64,000 nt of DNA from Chara braunii (Eukaryota; Plantae; Charophyceae), in contig BFEA01000028.1 in NCBI GenBank assembly GCA_003427395.1, positions 1,786,479 through 1,850,478 of the forward strand, in the 5' to 3' direction. The notes beneath the pieces were generated by a model that was given only the letters and a program-made list of their open reading frames with translations, did not search any database and was not told the DNA's origin. This document shows, piece after piece, positions 1 to 11,180 of this stretch. The position numbers and the translations under genes were made by a program. Positions within the stretch are counted from its first letter, which is position 1; the number at the start of each line of letters is the position of its first letter.

Positions 1-26
1 CACACACACACGCACGCACACACACA

Positions 27-78
<52 letters not shown>

Positions 79-110
79 TACACACACACACACACGCATA
101 TACAGCATAC
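1..110. repeat. Compound (CA)n/(CT)n microsatellite
   Basis: Directly visible dinucleotide runs. Confidence 0.95.
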
Positions 111-1784
111 ACACGCAATACCTTACCCTTCCCGAACCACATAAACAAACGAACTACGGGCTGCGCAGGGTAAGTCAATTCCGCGACTTCAAGACGCATT
201 TGATCTTAAATAAAAGAGGGACAAAGACGCATTTGATCTCAAGAAAGAAGGACAAGGAGGCCTATACACTCCAAAAATATAAACGAGACGGTTACTGAGG
301 CAATTCGGCGGCGGCACCTTCAGAACCTGAGTTCCAGATGAAACCCACCTGGACGCCCACCTGGACGACATTCATCCCGTTTCCCTCATCCGGGAAAGGG
401 ATTCTGGGACCAAAACACGCAAGCATCACAAAATGGAATGACAGCAAACATCAAAAAGAGAGATTTTATGCGAGAAAAACAAAGTGCCAAAAGCCCAAAT
501 TCGATTCAATGAGCAGATACAGAGGTCTTGGGACATTGTGGACCTCAAGAGGACCGCCAAACCAGCTGGCCTTCTGATTTGAGAGAGAGTACGAAAATAG
601 CATTCAGCCCCTCATCACCTGAGAATATAGACAGACAATCTATCAGCGAGTCAAATCGCAGCTATGCAGACGAACACAACGACAAAAGAGAGTCGTTCCT
701 CTCTCTCTCTCTCTCTCTCTCCCCCCTCCAAACTTCATTCGACACCATGTTTCCACTGCGCTATCGTTCCTGCGAGTGCAAAGGGACATTGATTAGGTTC
801 TACTTGGCTGTCTCTTACTCCTTGACTTCGCTGTCTCCACCTCCTCTTCACTCCCATTTATCATAGTACAGATAGGGGACTCTACTACTCGACTGTACAG
901 AATGATGCTCACCTGTGAGAAACACTCCATAATCTAATAGACTAAAACCATAAGAGGGAAAAAGAAAAAAAAGAAGAGCCAACAAATGTGTAGGCATGGG
1001 TTCATAGAGCAGGGGCCTTCCTCACCCCCCCAATAAACAGGGCTCCCATCGAAAAAAAATTAACTCCTCAGCCCCCTGATTCCCAGAAGAAACTGAAAAA
1101 CACTCCCCCCGAGTCCAGACCCTGAACAACGATCCGAATCCACATCCCCAAGTGATTGCACCATAACGCACAACGACCAGATCTTCAGATCGACTTCATC
1201 CACATCAGGTCGGTCCGGAGTAGACCAGGCAATTCACAATTTTCTTGAAATGTTTGCACACACACCCCAAGGCGATTAAAAGAGAGCTCGTTCAATCGTA
1301 GGAGCCCTCCACGCAAACACCACCTCATGGAAACCCCCCCTTACTTCAGAGACTCTCTCGTCGTCTGGCCGCACATTCTCATTCTGACAGGCTCGTCTCC
1401 ATGACACAGAGAGCTCCAATCAGGATCAGAACCCGAATACAGGTCAAGCGTGCAAATCTGGCAATACAACATCCCTCCCCTCCCTCTCTCCCCACCCTGG
1501 ACAGCCAGAAAGCACCTTGCACAATGAATCTATGCCCAAAAGTGTTCAAAGCCTTCAGCAGATAACCAGCTTGAAAGCGAGATCCTGACAACCCGTAAAC
1601 ACCACCTCCGCCACACAACACTCCCTAGGTACTTCTACCAAAGGGCTCTCGCTTAACAAAGTGCCTAACGAAACAGGCCCCAGGAGCCACAGGCATGACA
1701 AAAGTTCACCAACGAGGACTAGCCGGATATAAAGAGAGAATGTGCGCATCCAAACACCACACGTAGGCACATCGAGATGTCCAT

Positions 1785-1856
1785 TTAACCGCCGAACAAG
1801 TACCCAAGAGAAGAACCCCCGCCAGGGGCCGAATGAACCCTTGTGGAAGGGCGGTC
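1785..1856 (-). CDS. SPR1: SPIRAL1-family protein, coding exon 2 (DRPSTRVHSAPGGGSSLGYLFGG*)
   Basis: Acceptor ttgttgtattgcag|GAC at 1857/1856 is phase 0 and matches exon 1. It encodes the conserved SPR1 C-terminal DRPSTxVHxAPGGGSSLGYLFG motif, with TAA at 1787-1785. Too short for the ORF track. Joined protein is 121 aa; the intron is 9115-1857 (7259 bp). Confidence 0.93.
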   Translation of the reverse strand, partial: DRPSTRVHSAPGGGSSLGYLFGG

Positions 1857-2021
1857 CTGCAATACAACAAAAAGAACAGATCAACGAGTCAAGAAAAGCC
1901 CACTACATGCAACATCTAGACAGCTTAAAACTAAAGCTGTTGGGCGGTCCTGCAATACAACAAAAAGAACAGATAAAGCCCACCACATGAGACATCTAGA
2001 CAGCTTAAAACTAAAGCTGTT
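1849..2021. repeat. ~93-bp tandem duplication spanning the SPR1 intron 3' end
   Basis: gggcggtcctgcaatacaacaaaaagaacagat...catctagacagcttaaaactaaagctgtt occurs at about 1849-1941 and again at about 1942-2021. Confidence 0.9.
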
Positions 2022-2705
2022 TTTGTTCGCCAAACTTCGTTCCTCGTCCTATGAACTTCAAATCAAGACTGCATAAAAGAATCAGCCGGTAAGAGTGACA
2101 TCAGTAGCCACCACTCAACAACACAGGAAAGGCCAACGACTCGATCACCCAATCAATTGCTTCTACCATCAACAGTCAAATCAACACTCAAGCAACCATC
2201 CAGTCCAGCAACAACAAATCAAGCAAAGCAAGCAAGCAAGCAAGCAACCAATCAAGCAAGCAAGCAAGCAACCAACCAATCAAGCCAGCAGCAGTTGCAA
2301 AATTACAACAGCACACCCGCTTTAAGTCTAGTGCCGCTAGAAGTTCCTTTTCGTATCAAGAACGAACTGCAACGGCCAGTACTTCCTGTAGAGAACGTGC
2401 ATTCATTCAACCTATACATATCCACCTACCCAAAAGCTTGTTCTGTTCGGTACACACTCGACTGATAACCTTCAAGAACAGAAGGGCTACCAAAAAACCA
2501 ATATGAGACCCCCCCCATTTCATTAAAACGGTTGAAACAGAGACTAAAAACAACATTCTAAACGAGATGCCACCCCCATTTCACAAAATACATTCTAAAC
2601 GAGAAAAGACTGACATTCTAAACGAGTTACAGACATTCCAAAATACTTTTCGATTACCATCAAGAAACCAAGGGCAACAACAAAGACTACAAATAGCGCA
2701 CCTAC

Positions 2706-3001
2706 CCGTCTTCCCCCGAACATAGCGCATATGCGTTATTTTCGAGTTTCCGAAAAAACAATTATGACTAGAATCAAACGCATATGCGTAGTATTTCGAA
2801 TAAAGGGTTGTTCGAACAGCACGAATACGAGTTGCATTCGAACAGAAAGCAAACTAGGTATCGTATTCATTTACAATGCTATGCATTGTATTCGAAACCA
2901 ACGCATATGCGTTAGAATGCATATGCGTTGTATTCAAATAGAAAGCAACCATACGGTGTAGTATTCACTTACAACGCATATGCATTATGTTCGGGGGAAG
3001 A
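2706..3001. mobile_element. Tc1/mariner (pogo/Tc2-like) MITE
   Basis: Left TA-CCCGTCTTCCCCCGAACATAGCGCATATGCG; right AACGCATATGCATTATGTTCGGGGGAAGA (outermost bases lost). Internal AACGCATATGCG repeats. Same TIR as 22317-22421. Confidence 0.7.
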
Positions 3002-4505
3002 TTCCCACTTTACAAAGACAGATGACATTCTCCATCAGTTTACGGACAACATCCCAAACCCCATCACATACTCGAATCAAATTTCGAGAACAGAACTAAA
3101 CAACCGGTCACTAATAAAAAACAAGAAAGCCCTGGCTGCTATAAAAAACAAGAAAGCCCTGCCTGTTCAGCAGATCAGCCGCCCTCTTTTAAGTAGCACG
3201 ATCTCACAAAACACTCGCGTAAAATGGAGTATGCGACATTCTATTACTAATTGAAATAAACTTCGAACATCATTTCAACCGAAGCCTTCCTCCATCGTGT
3301 CGCCGCTAAGTTCAGACTACATCATCATCCAAAGCAAGGATGTCTGGCGTGTAGTCGTAGAGGGGCGCAGCGCATGTATCAACAACACACGACTTCCCTT
3401 CTGATCGTCCGCACCAGAGCATTCATTATCATTATATTTTGCTCGAGTCACTTGGTCCCTGCTCGAGTCACACGTTTTGGAGGGACATAACCCACGAAAC
3501 TGAAAATCAAATACCCAAAAAATAGAATTTAGACGCCATTTTACAAGGAGCGTCACTCAGTCGGAGGGACATAACCAAGGTAACTGAAAATCAAATACCC
3601 AAAACTCAGAATTTACAAGCCATTTTACAACGACCGAACGTTCTTTATGATCCCGTCGTTGCGTCCCGAGGCGATAGTCCAGACTTCTACAGTGGCGACC
3701 TTCAGTCGCACAGAAAGCTCGAATTCTACAAACCAATGCCACCGCACATAACACATGCAGAGAATGTTTTTCAGATCACGACAAAATCCTCCGCTTTTCC
3801 TCTCTTCATCCCCACTCCCCACAACCGCCAGGTCCGCATTCTATATACATAGTACACTCAGAGACTTGACAAGCATTCTATATACATAGTACACTCAGAG
3901 AGTTGACAAGTAGAATCCAAACACTTAGTCAATTCTATATAGTGACCCCAACGACTTCACTGGAAGAAGGCTCGATCCTTGCGAGAGCAGACGATGGAAA
4001 AGGGTGAAAAGACGCAGTAACCCCAAACACACGCCTACAAGAATTTGAGGCCCTTAGTCGAGGGATTTGTCTCACGGACATAGGCTTTCTTGCGAGAGCC
4101 AACGACGGAAAGGGTGAAAAAGGGAACGGTACGGGAGTAGGAGGGAAAAACTGGAGACGTAGCCCGCAATGAAGCACCGAAGAAATACCATACCCTCGTT
4201 AACAACGTGCGCAATCATGAAGGTCTGGCATACAAACCATGAGCATCTCTTCTAGCAACAACTACCAAGATCGCAAACAAATTAATTAAAAAAACACCGC
4301 AAACAAACTGATTAGATACCCAACACAATGGCGTTCGGTACATCTAACGGATTCATCTAAATGAGATAAGCAGAAAGGAAGCGTTCGGTACAAATCCAAA
4401 TGAGATAAGCAGAAAGGAAACGTGTGCTATAGACTTCCGTACAAACTTCTCGGACAAAAAGCAAAGGCTATACCAATAATACTAATCAGCACCCTTCTCA
4501 CTTTT

Positions 4506-4804
4506 GCTGATGATGACGATGAAACATCGATGATATCCAAAAAAACTGCTAAGAAAGCAGGAAGGAAACGTGTGCTATAGGCTGATGATGATGATGAAAC
4601 ATCGATGATATCGAAAAGAACTGCTAAGAAAGCAGGAAGGAAGCGTGTGCTGTAGGCTGATGATGATGATGAAACATCGATGAAATCGAAAAAAACTGCT
4701 AAGAAAACAGGAAGGAAGCGTGTGCTATAGGCTGATGATGATGATGAAACACCGATGATATCGAAAAAATTGCTAAGAAAGCAGGAAGGAAGCGTGTGCT
4801 ATAG
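4506..4804 (+). repeat. 75-bp tandem repeat x4
   Basis: Unit gctgatgatgatgatgaaacatcgatgatatcgaaaaaaactgctaagaaagcaggaaggaagcgtgtgctatag starts at 4506, 4581, 4656 and 4731. It is flanked by a duplicated ~75-bp segment (about 4433-4505 and 4805-4876). Confidence 0.92.
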
Positions 4805-7373
4805 ACTTCCGTACAAACTTCTCGGAAACAAAGCAAAAGCTAATACAAATAATACTAATCAACCTTATCACTTTTGCTGCTGATGATGATGAATATCCAC
4901 GATATTGAGCAATTGCTACCAATCCACGAGGTCGAGAAGGTTAACAAAAGAACGGGATGATCGCATATAACGGCGTCTAAGAAATCCATGGAAACCGAAA
5001 CGGGAAGGAGAGCACAATTTCAGGAGTGCGTTAAGAGGGCTGGGTAAACAGATAACCGAATGGACAGTCACGCTTATTCCAAGGCACAGGACACTTCAGA
5101 GAAACAAGTCATTGGTCGAGTACTAAGCGGTGTCGGCCATAGTCGTCTGCGAAATCGTCAGTGCGTTAAGAGCGCTCAGAGTGTCGGACATGCCGAGAAA
5201 CGGGACAGCTGTTGAGTTCCGAGAGGGTAAATTCGAGTCTATACACCCAATCAATCGTAACGAATAATCCGACGTCCTTGTCGGACGGGTAATCATCATC
5301 TCCAGAGCTTACAAATTCTTCAGCCGCAGCCCAACAAGACCGAACAAAGCCGAGTCGTCAAATCCCATGAACACCGCACAGGCCCAGCGATCGATATGAT
5401 TGTGCTTACTATCACGAACAAACCGCCACCTCGAGGAGCTGATTAGAGAAAGGAGCAGCAAAAACAACAACCACGTATACGCATACTTTTCCATATGACA
5501 ATAAGAAAGAAGATTGCGACAAAAGTAGGGGCTGAACGACACTACTTCGGCACACTGAAATACACATACATGTACACATACACACACACGTACATACATA
5601 CATATACACCAGTACAGAATATATATGCAAGGACGTATGACGATATATATACGACGTATAAACGACCGCCACATATACGAACGACCGGACATATATTGAG
5701 GATCTCAGTTCACGCTGTTCATATCCATAGGGGGGATTTCAGTTCACGCTGTGCCTCAGTGCAATATCATATCCATAAACATACATAGAAAGGGCGTGGT
5801 GTCGTTACGGGGAAAGAAAGAATTCGGAGAGAGAAAGCGGACTGCCGTAACGACACCGCTCACTCCATCTCCCGCCGGCGTACACAGGCAGATCTAAAAC
5901 AAACCACAAGATCTCCATATCCCCAGTCGGACATCAATCATCCATACTACAGCCGGAGCCCGGTTGCCCGTCACCCAAATTGCTGTACGGTCACATACCA
6001 ATCGTGTCCATATAACATTGACTAAGCAATCATTGAAAGCTCAGCAGTTGAGCACCAATCGTCCACCACTATTCGCACCCAAATTGCTGGACGGGCACAT
6101 ACCAATCATATCCGTATAACATTGACGAAGCAATCATTGAAAACTCAGCAGTCGAGCACCAATCGTCCACCGCTGTTTACTATTCACAGCGAAAACCATT
6201 CATACTGTATAACATCAACAAGGCAATCATTGAAATTTAACTCAACTAGGCAATCATTGAAATTTAATCCAGCAGTTGAGTACCAATCGTCCATCGCTGT
6301 TTACCATTCAAAACAAGGAACCACTCATATTGCAGTGTTCAGCACACTGCGAACCAATTAGTGAAAAATACCGACGTAACAAGGAGTACATTGACGAGGA
6401 AGAGGACGAGAAAGAAACCACAAAGACGACCGATGTGGAAAAGAACGCGGGCCCAGCCCTGAACTATACAGAACTACAGGACTGTTAGAGAAAACGATGG
6501 TCCTGATCACAACAAGGGTAGAAAGGAACGCGATAGATAGACATGGCCTGAAGAAGCGGACCTTGCGCTAGAAAATCATTCTGCCCGTTCCAACCAGCCT
6601 GAGAGCGTCGACTTCCAGCAGAAGTAGAAGTGAAATGAACAGACTGAATGTCACTGAAGACGTCATGGCAACGTGTAAGATCATAGATATGGCGCTGTAT
6701 TTGAGATCATAAACAACCTTTGATGCCGTGGTTCATGCTAAGCAAGCTGTTAGACGGATTAAAAGTCCTTAGGGCGTCACACAGGCTAAAATCTCCAGTT
6801 CGTTCTGCCCATTCGAGCCAGATTTGACACTTTTGAAGACAATGCCCTCCCTATACCTCGCTCAACATTAGCATATGGGTGTTCGCTTACGCTCTACAAC
6901 ATGGCGGCCCATATCTATCCCTCAACATTAGCATAGGGGTGTTCGCTTATGCTCTCCGACACGGCGCCCCATATCTATCCCGCTTCGCTCAACATTAACC
7001 ACAGCATACGGGTGTTAGCTTATGCTCTCGGACACGACGCCCCATACGTATCGTACTCTACCCACCTTGTGTCTGTGATTCATATTCACCAGGCTTCTCA
7101 TGAACATCCTGACATCAGTAAACTCGCCTGCACGATCGTCAATACCCATCCATGATGTGGAAACGTTCTGTTCCGTCGGTTCCCTCACGTCCTTCCCTCC
7201 ACCGCTCTCTTCCTATTCTTACATCTGTTGTCTTTTCCCTCTTTTTCTCCTTTCTACGCCTCCGGATTCTTTTGCCCCCGTCCTCCATCCGCTCCTATAT
7301 CTCCCTCCGTTCGCCAGCAACGAGCGCCCATCCACGGTCCTGATACATAAACGCCGCACAGGCAAGAACATAG

Positions 7374-7375
<2 letters not shown>

Positions 7376-7429
<54 letters not shown>

Positions 7430-7537
7430 CCCCTCTCCCTCTCTCTCTCTCTCCCTCCCCCCTTCTCTTCCACCAGCCGCTCCCGGCTCTCCCCTCCCCC
7501 AACTTTTCCGAAAAAGAACGCCAATGCATNNTCANNG

Positions 7538-7579
<42 letters not shown>

Positions 7580-7687
7580 CCCCTCTCCCTCTCTCTCTCT
7601 CCCTCCCCCCTTCTCTTCCACCAGCCGCTCCCGGCTCTCCCCTCCCCCAACTTTTCCGAAAAAGAACGCCAATCCATAATCACGGTT

Positions 7688-7740
<53 letters not shown>

Positions 7741-7861
7741 GTCTGTGTACGTGTGTGTGTGTGTGTGTGAACGCCAATGCACAATCGCGGTTGTGCGAGT
7801 GTCGTCCTCGGGACACAAACTCAAGTCCTATCTCTCTCTCTCTCTCTATGCGTCTGTGTAC

Positions 7862-7893
<32 letters not shown>

Positions 7894-8060
7894 GAGTGTA
7901 TGCGCATGACAACTGCCCCAACTTTTCCGAAAAAGAACGCCAATGCATAATCACGGTTGTGCGAGTGTCGTCCTCGGGACACAAACTTAAGCCCTCTCTC
8001 TCTCTCCCCCTCTATGCGTCTGTGTACGTGTGTGTGTGTGCGTGTGAGTGTATGCGCATG
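7376..8060. repeat. Duplicated compound (CT)n/(GT)n microsatellite block
   Basis: CT and GT runs are joined by repeated linkers (aacttttccgaaaaagaacgccaat x3; gttgtgcgagtgtcgtcctcgggacacaaact x2). Confidence 0.9.
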
Positions 8061-9115
8061 ACAAGAGCACTCGCAGGTTCCCGGCCAAGCAAAGAAATGA
8101 CTTTCCCCAACATTGAAGTCGTTCGCTCATGCGCCCCTTCATCCTCGTCTTCGATGAAATTCGGATGATCAACATCCCAATCGTCGCGATTCACCCTCTG
8201 ACCATATTCACAAGCCCACTCACAGCACACAAACGCTTCCATCTTTCACATTCCGTTTTACCTACCAAAAGCTCAGGCGATACGTCGAAGAATACCCCCC
8301 CTCTCGCCGCCTCCGCCCACCAGGTAACAGACCCAACGTTCAGGACAAACGATGCGTAACCCTACTCATAAACAGAGACCCCCCACTACTCCATGAGAGC
8401 CCATGGAAAACGGCGCACGATTACACTAAGCGAACTCCAAGCATCCCGGACAACAACAACACACGGCAAATCGAGCAGTTCTTCCTGATTCACACTTTCC
8501 CTGAAAACGAGAGGTAGCTAGTGACAAAAGGGTAAATGAAAAAGAGAGAGAGATGTCGAAACACGGAGCTTCAAGTCTTCCTGTTGCACACTTCCCCCTG
8601 AAACGAGAGGTAGCCAATGACAAAACAGCAAATGAAAAAGACAGAGAGAGAGATGCCGAAACACAGGGAGCTTCAATCGTTCATACGGTGACACAAGTAC
8701 GCGAACCAAGGAAAATGAGAGAACCTCTTCCACAAAACGACAAAAAACTGAAAGAAACGACAAAGGTGGTGGGCGGGATTCTCCCACAACAGGAACGAAG
8801 AACAAGGACGACGTACATCTTCCTCGTTTACAGACCGACGGTCAAGAACAGAGGGACACATGACCTTTTCGCATCATCGGCGCGAAAAAAGGAGAAAAAA
8901 CGAGAGGTCAGACAGACGTTCCCTTCCCCTACAAACAAATCGCCCGTGACAACAACACAATACAAACACATCCATACATCAGGCAAATGTAAATCCGTAC
9001 AAACGAAACATAATACACGTACATACATAGACACAAATGAAATACGTAAAAACCAAAAACATATGCATGCATTAGGGGGGAGAGAGAGGGGGGAGAGAGA
9101 GAGAAAGGTACATAC

Positions 9116-9409
9116 CGTGATAAAATTGCCTGAGTTCTGTCCATCAGCACGGAAGTAGTTATTGTTGCTTCTACCGAGCTTCCCTCCCATTTCTAGTGAG
9201 GTGCCAGAAGCCGGCTGCGTCCTTGGAGACGCCTCTTTGGCCACGGACTGAGCAACAGGCGCTGGAGTCGGCGCCACTGCTGCGACAGGCGTCGGTCTTT
9301 CCGCCGGAGGCGCGCTCGACCGCGCGGCTCCACGGCTGTTCGGCTCTCCGCCACCGAACAAGTAGCCTAACGAACTCTGCCCCCCACCACTGCTCTTTCC
9401 TCTGTCCAT
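9116..9409 (-). CDS. SPR1: SPIRAL1-family microtubule plus-end protein, coding exon 1 (98 aa)
   Basis: ATG at 9409 gives MDRGKSSGGGQSSLGYLFGGGEP...SNNNYFRADGQNSGNFIT. Both GGGQSSLGYLFG and NNYxRADGQNxGNFIT are SPR1-family hallmarks. The exon ends at a phase-0 donor ACG|GTATGT (intron starts at 9115). Confidence 0.95.
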
Positions 9410-10581
9410 CCCTACCAATCAATCAACCGCACGCGTACGACGATGACTACGCTTGTCCCTCGCTGTCTTCTTCGCTCCGACGGTCCAACCGCACAAAAAA
9501 GCCCACTCACTCTACTAACCGGTTCAATTCAATCACCTCCGAAGTCAAACGAAGATGGCAATGCGCACCCGGATATGGATTACATAAAGGGAACTCGATA
9601 ACAAACACACAGCAAGAGTTCACAAATAGCTCGGAAGAAACCGCCGGGCAAAACCAGAACCTCCGTCACTTTGCCCCCTCAACAAGCCAGAGAACGCCAG
9701 ACCAAGCAACCACAAGCGATAAGAACCACTCAGAACAACTAAAGAATAAAAGGACTTCGAACCCTCGCCCCCAGGGGACGGGAAAAGAGGCCGTATGAGT
9801 GAGGACGGACCGTGGCAGGGCCGAGCAACTCGCGGACCGACCGAGCGCCTCGCCGCATTGCGCCCCACGACACGTGAAGTGAAAAATGGCGCGCGCATAT
9901 TCAGATAGTACGCGCCAAGATACCCCCCGCCCCGTGAGTACTTCCACAGCGCAGTGCAGTGGTGTGGTGGGGGTATCTTGCCACTTCCTCTGTGAAGATG
10001 CACTCGGCATTTTTCAGGGTTTGTGTTGGGTACGTACGACAGCGAGGCGGCGAAGCGGCCAGAGTGGCTACTCGCGGCACAGAAGACGCAAAACGAAACG
10101 ACGCGAAGACAGGGACGGCGTTCCACTACGGTACTACGGTACGGTAGTCCCACCAGACGAGAAGAGAGGGATGCTGTTCCACAGAAGTCCCAGCGGAACG
10201 AACCCTTCGCGCATCAGACCGAAAGGCGCGCAAAGCGCAAAGCCAGACAAGACGGCGAAGATTTCTTCTCAATGGGGGGAGCGGACAACAGCCCTTTCGT
10301 TCTAGTTCTAGCCATCGATGTCAGTGTCAGCGATCTATGGTCGGGAGCGAAGGATTCCGGGTCAGTGGGACCTCAGCCCTGAAGGCCCGCATCCTGCCTC
10401 GACGACCCTGCCAACGCAGATACTGGGTAACCGTGCGATTCATCAGGAGATTCCAGTAGCAGGGGTTAAGAAACACGGCCGTAGATGAAGATCAACGGTC
10501 AGTTTCTCACAGTCCGTGATGGTGTAATCTTGGCAAAAATCGATAGTCATTGTGTTCTGTGGGTGGAAACGACCGACATCC

Positions 10582-10654
10582 AGCGGCCTAGCTCAGTTGG
10601 TTGGGCACGGAAGTGGCATTCAGGAGGTTGTGAGTTCGAGGCCCACAACCGCCT
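10582..10654 (+). mobile_element. tRNA-derived Pol III head (SINE-like or tRNA pseudogene)
   Basis: A box TAGCTCAGTTGG (10589-10600) and B box GAGTTCGAGGCC (10632-10643) at tRNA spacing. Stems are imperfect and the 3' extent is undefined. Confidence 0.6.
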
Positions 10655-10989
10655 GCGGCGCACTTAGCGCCAATCAGCTGTGACAGTCTGTTGGGTACTT
10701 GTTATCGGTATCAGAAGGGGCTTTGGCCAACACGGCTGTGAGCGCGAGTGTGAGCGAGGTGTGTGTGGTGTGTGGGAGAGCGTTGGCCTTAGACACTACT
10801 GCTATTCAATTGGCGGTGGGGGACGATGAAAAGGGAGGCGCAGCTACTGGCAAAATGCTTGGTCGTTGCATTAGCCGGACCCCCACCAGCGGCCCCACCC
10901 CATCTCTGACTACCGCTGTTGGGCCGAGGGACGAAACATGCAGTGATCCCTTCACATTGTGAGGTAGCTATGCTTGCAGGGGTCCCCTC

Positions 10990-11180
10990 TACCTGGCCCA
11001 GCTATCGGCCGCGGCGCTTCCCGTATACGCGCCGCGCCATTTGGGCTTCGGCCTGCCGGACCGCATTGGCTGGAGGCCGCAGGCAAAACGAAAAAGAAAA
11101 TTGCGACGGCGGTTCGGCAGGACTTGGTGCGCAGCGTGCTGGGAGGCTCGGATTCAATAGCTGAGCGAGGTACTGGTGGT
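10990..11180. mobile_element. TTAA-family MITE, left end truncated
   Basis: Left tacctggcccagctat; right atagctgagcgaggtactggtggt followed by TTAA at 11181-11184. Same TIR as 45130-45930. Confidence 0.65.

Noticed and set aside
4506-4804. Tandem minimal hammerhead ribozymes (CTGATGA...GAAAC plus palindrome CATCGATG)
   Set aside because: The required U16.1 is A, no stem I or stem II pairing is visible, and CTGATGA arises from a (GAT)n run.
7100-8175. Long ORFs (SLSL/RERE/CVCV)
   Set aside because: These are translations of microsatellites.
8828-9115. C-terminal half of the 196-aa ORF 8828..9418
   Set aside because: This is intron read-through past the GTATGT donor. The true C-terminus is at 1856-1785.
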